Source of the DNA: a virus
Lineage: Duplodnaviria; Heunggongvirae; Uroviricota; Caudoviricetes
Strand: one strand, 5' to 3'
DNA length: 39,644 bases
Virus record (IMG/VR): IMGVR_UViG_2718218133_000003
Below are positions 38,361 through 39,644 of this stretch, piece by piece; the first letter of the stretch is position 1, and each line of letters starts with the position of its first letter. The translations under genes were made by a program, and so were the position numbers. The notes below the pieces were generated by a model. That model saw only the letters and a program-made list of their open reading frames with translations. It had not been told where the DNA came from and searched no databases.

Positions 38361-39644
38361 ATGGATTTCCAGTTATATTCGCTCGGCGCAGCGTTAGTGT
38401 TTCATGAAATATTTTTTCCTGAATCATCAACGGCAATGGCGTTAATTCTGGCAATGGGAACCTACGGTGCAGGTTATGTGGCGCGTATTGTCGGAGCATT
38501 TATTTTCGGCAAAATGGGCGACAGAATAGGGCGTAAAAAAGTACTCTTTATTACCATCACCATGATGGGGATCTGTACCACCTTAATTGGTGTGTTACCG
38601 ACCTATGCACAGATTGGTGTTTTTGCACCCATCTTGCTGGTGACGCTGCGTATTATTCAGGGATTGGGTGCAGGTGCGGAAATTTCCGGTGCCGGTACGA
38701 TGCTGGCGGAATATGCGCCAAAAGGTAAGCGCGGAATTATCTCCTCATTTGTTGCTATGGGGACTAACTGCGGAACCTTGAGCGCAACGGCAATCTGGGC
38801 CTTTATGTTCTTCATTCTCAGTAAAGAGGAACTGTTGGCGTGGGGATGGCGTATACCGTTCCTGGCGAGCGTTGTCGTGATGGTCTTTGCTATCTGGTTG
38901 CGTATGAATCTGAAAGAAAGCCCGGTCTTTGAGAAGGTTAACGACAGCAATCAACCGACAGCAAAACCTGCACCTGCTGGTAGCATGTTCCAGAGCAAAT
39001 CCTTCTGGCTGGCAACAGGGCTGCGTTTTGGTCAGGCTGGTAACTCAGGTTTAATTCAGACTTTCCTTGCAGGCTATTTAGTGCAGACGTTATTGTTTAA
39101 CAAAGCAATTCCAACAGATGCATTGATGATCAGTTCGATTCTCGGCTTTATGACCATTCCGTTCCTTGGTTGGTTATCCGATAAAATAGGTCGCCGGATC
39201 CCGTATATTATTATGAATACCTCTGCGATTGTGCTGGCGTGGCCAATGCTTTCTATCATCGTAGATAAAAGCTATGCCCCGAGCACCATTATGGTTGCAC
39301 TGATTGTGATTCATAACTGTGCGGTGCTGGGATTATTTGCTCTGGAAAACATTACCATGGCAGAAATGTTCGGCTGTAAAAACCGCTTTACCCGGATGGC
39401 TATTTCTAAAGAAATTGGTGGTCTTATCGCTTCCGGTTTTGGTCCTATCCTGGCGGGTATTTTCTGCACCATGACGGAATCCTGGTATCCGATCGCCATT
39501 ATGATCATGGCATATTCAGTGATTGGTTTAATCTCTGCGCTGAAAATGCCAGAAGTGAAAGACCGTGATTTAAGTGCACTGGAAGATGCCGCGGAAGATC
39601 AACCGCGTGTTGTAACAGCAGCGCAACCTTCAAGAAGTCTGTAA
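38361..39644 (+). pseudogene. ydfJ: MFS transporter (metabolite:H+ symporter family, ydfJ-like), missing about 40 N-terminal codons
   Basis: Homology to ShiA/ProP-type transporters begins at the very first codons (LGAALVFHEIFFPES...); an in-frame stop lies immediately upstream and no upstream frame encodes the missing segment. Confidence 0.75.

Noticed and set aside
1-39644. CRISPR array
   Set aside because: No regularly spaced direct repeats seen; the only repeat clusters are the replication iterons and the stf tandem duplication

Overview
This window is almost entirely a defective lambdoid prophage of the Qin/Rac/DLP12 type (about 1..38350) inserted in an MFS transporter gene (ydfJ-like, 5'-truncated at 38361). 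Gene order, left to right: integrase, excisionase, a large DEDDh exonuclease, ydfD-dicB-dicF, an immunity region (HTH repressor flanked by AATGTACT operator-like repeats, divergent Cro-like gene, YdaT-like gene), an O-like replication gene with internal GTCACG iterons, an AT-rich two-gene insert on the opposite strand, hok, rem-like, DUF968/ydfU-like, rusA, antiterminator Q with a lambda-like pR'/tR', a degenerate tRNA-like sequence, two TolA-domain-III lipoprotein morons, a phage-21-type lysis cassette (S21, SAR endolysin, Rz/Rz1), terminase, portal and head protease, then a deletion that joins the protease gene to the last ~90 bp of tail gene L, followed by K (frameshifted), I, J, lom, side tail fibre genes and pinQ/ydfK-like genes. 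The most interesting candidate for an undescribed system is the AT-rich cassette at 9140..11490 (AbiH-like protein plus a 463-aa protein with a possible PD-(D/E)xK motif), sitting where lambdoid phages usually carry a helicase loader. The TolA-III lipoprotein pair is a second candidate (superinfection exclusion or colicin protection). All family assignments are from reading the ORF translations and from memory; no database search or computation was run.
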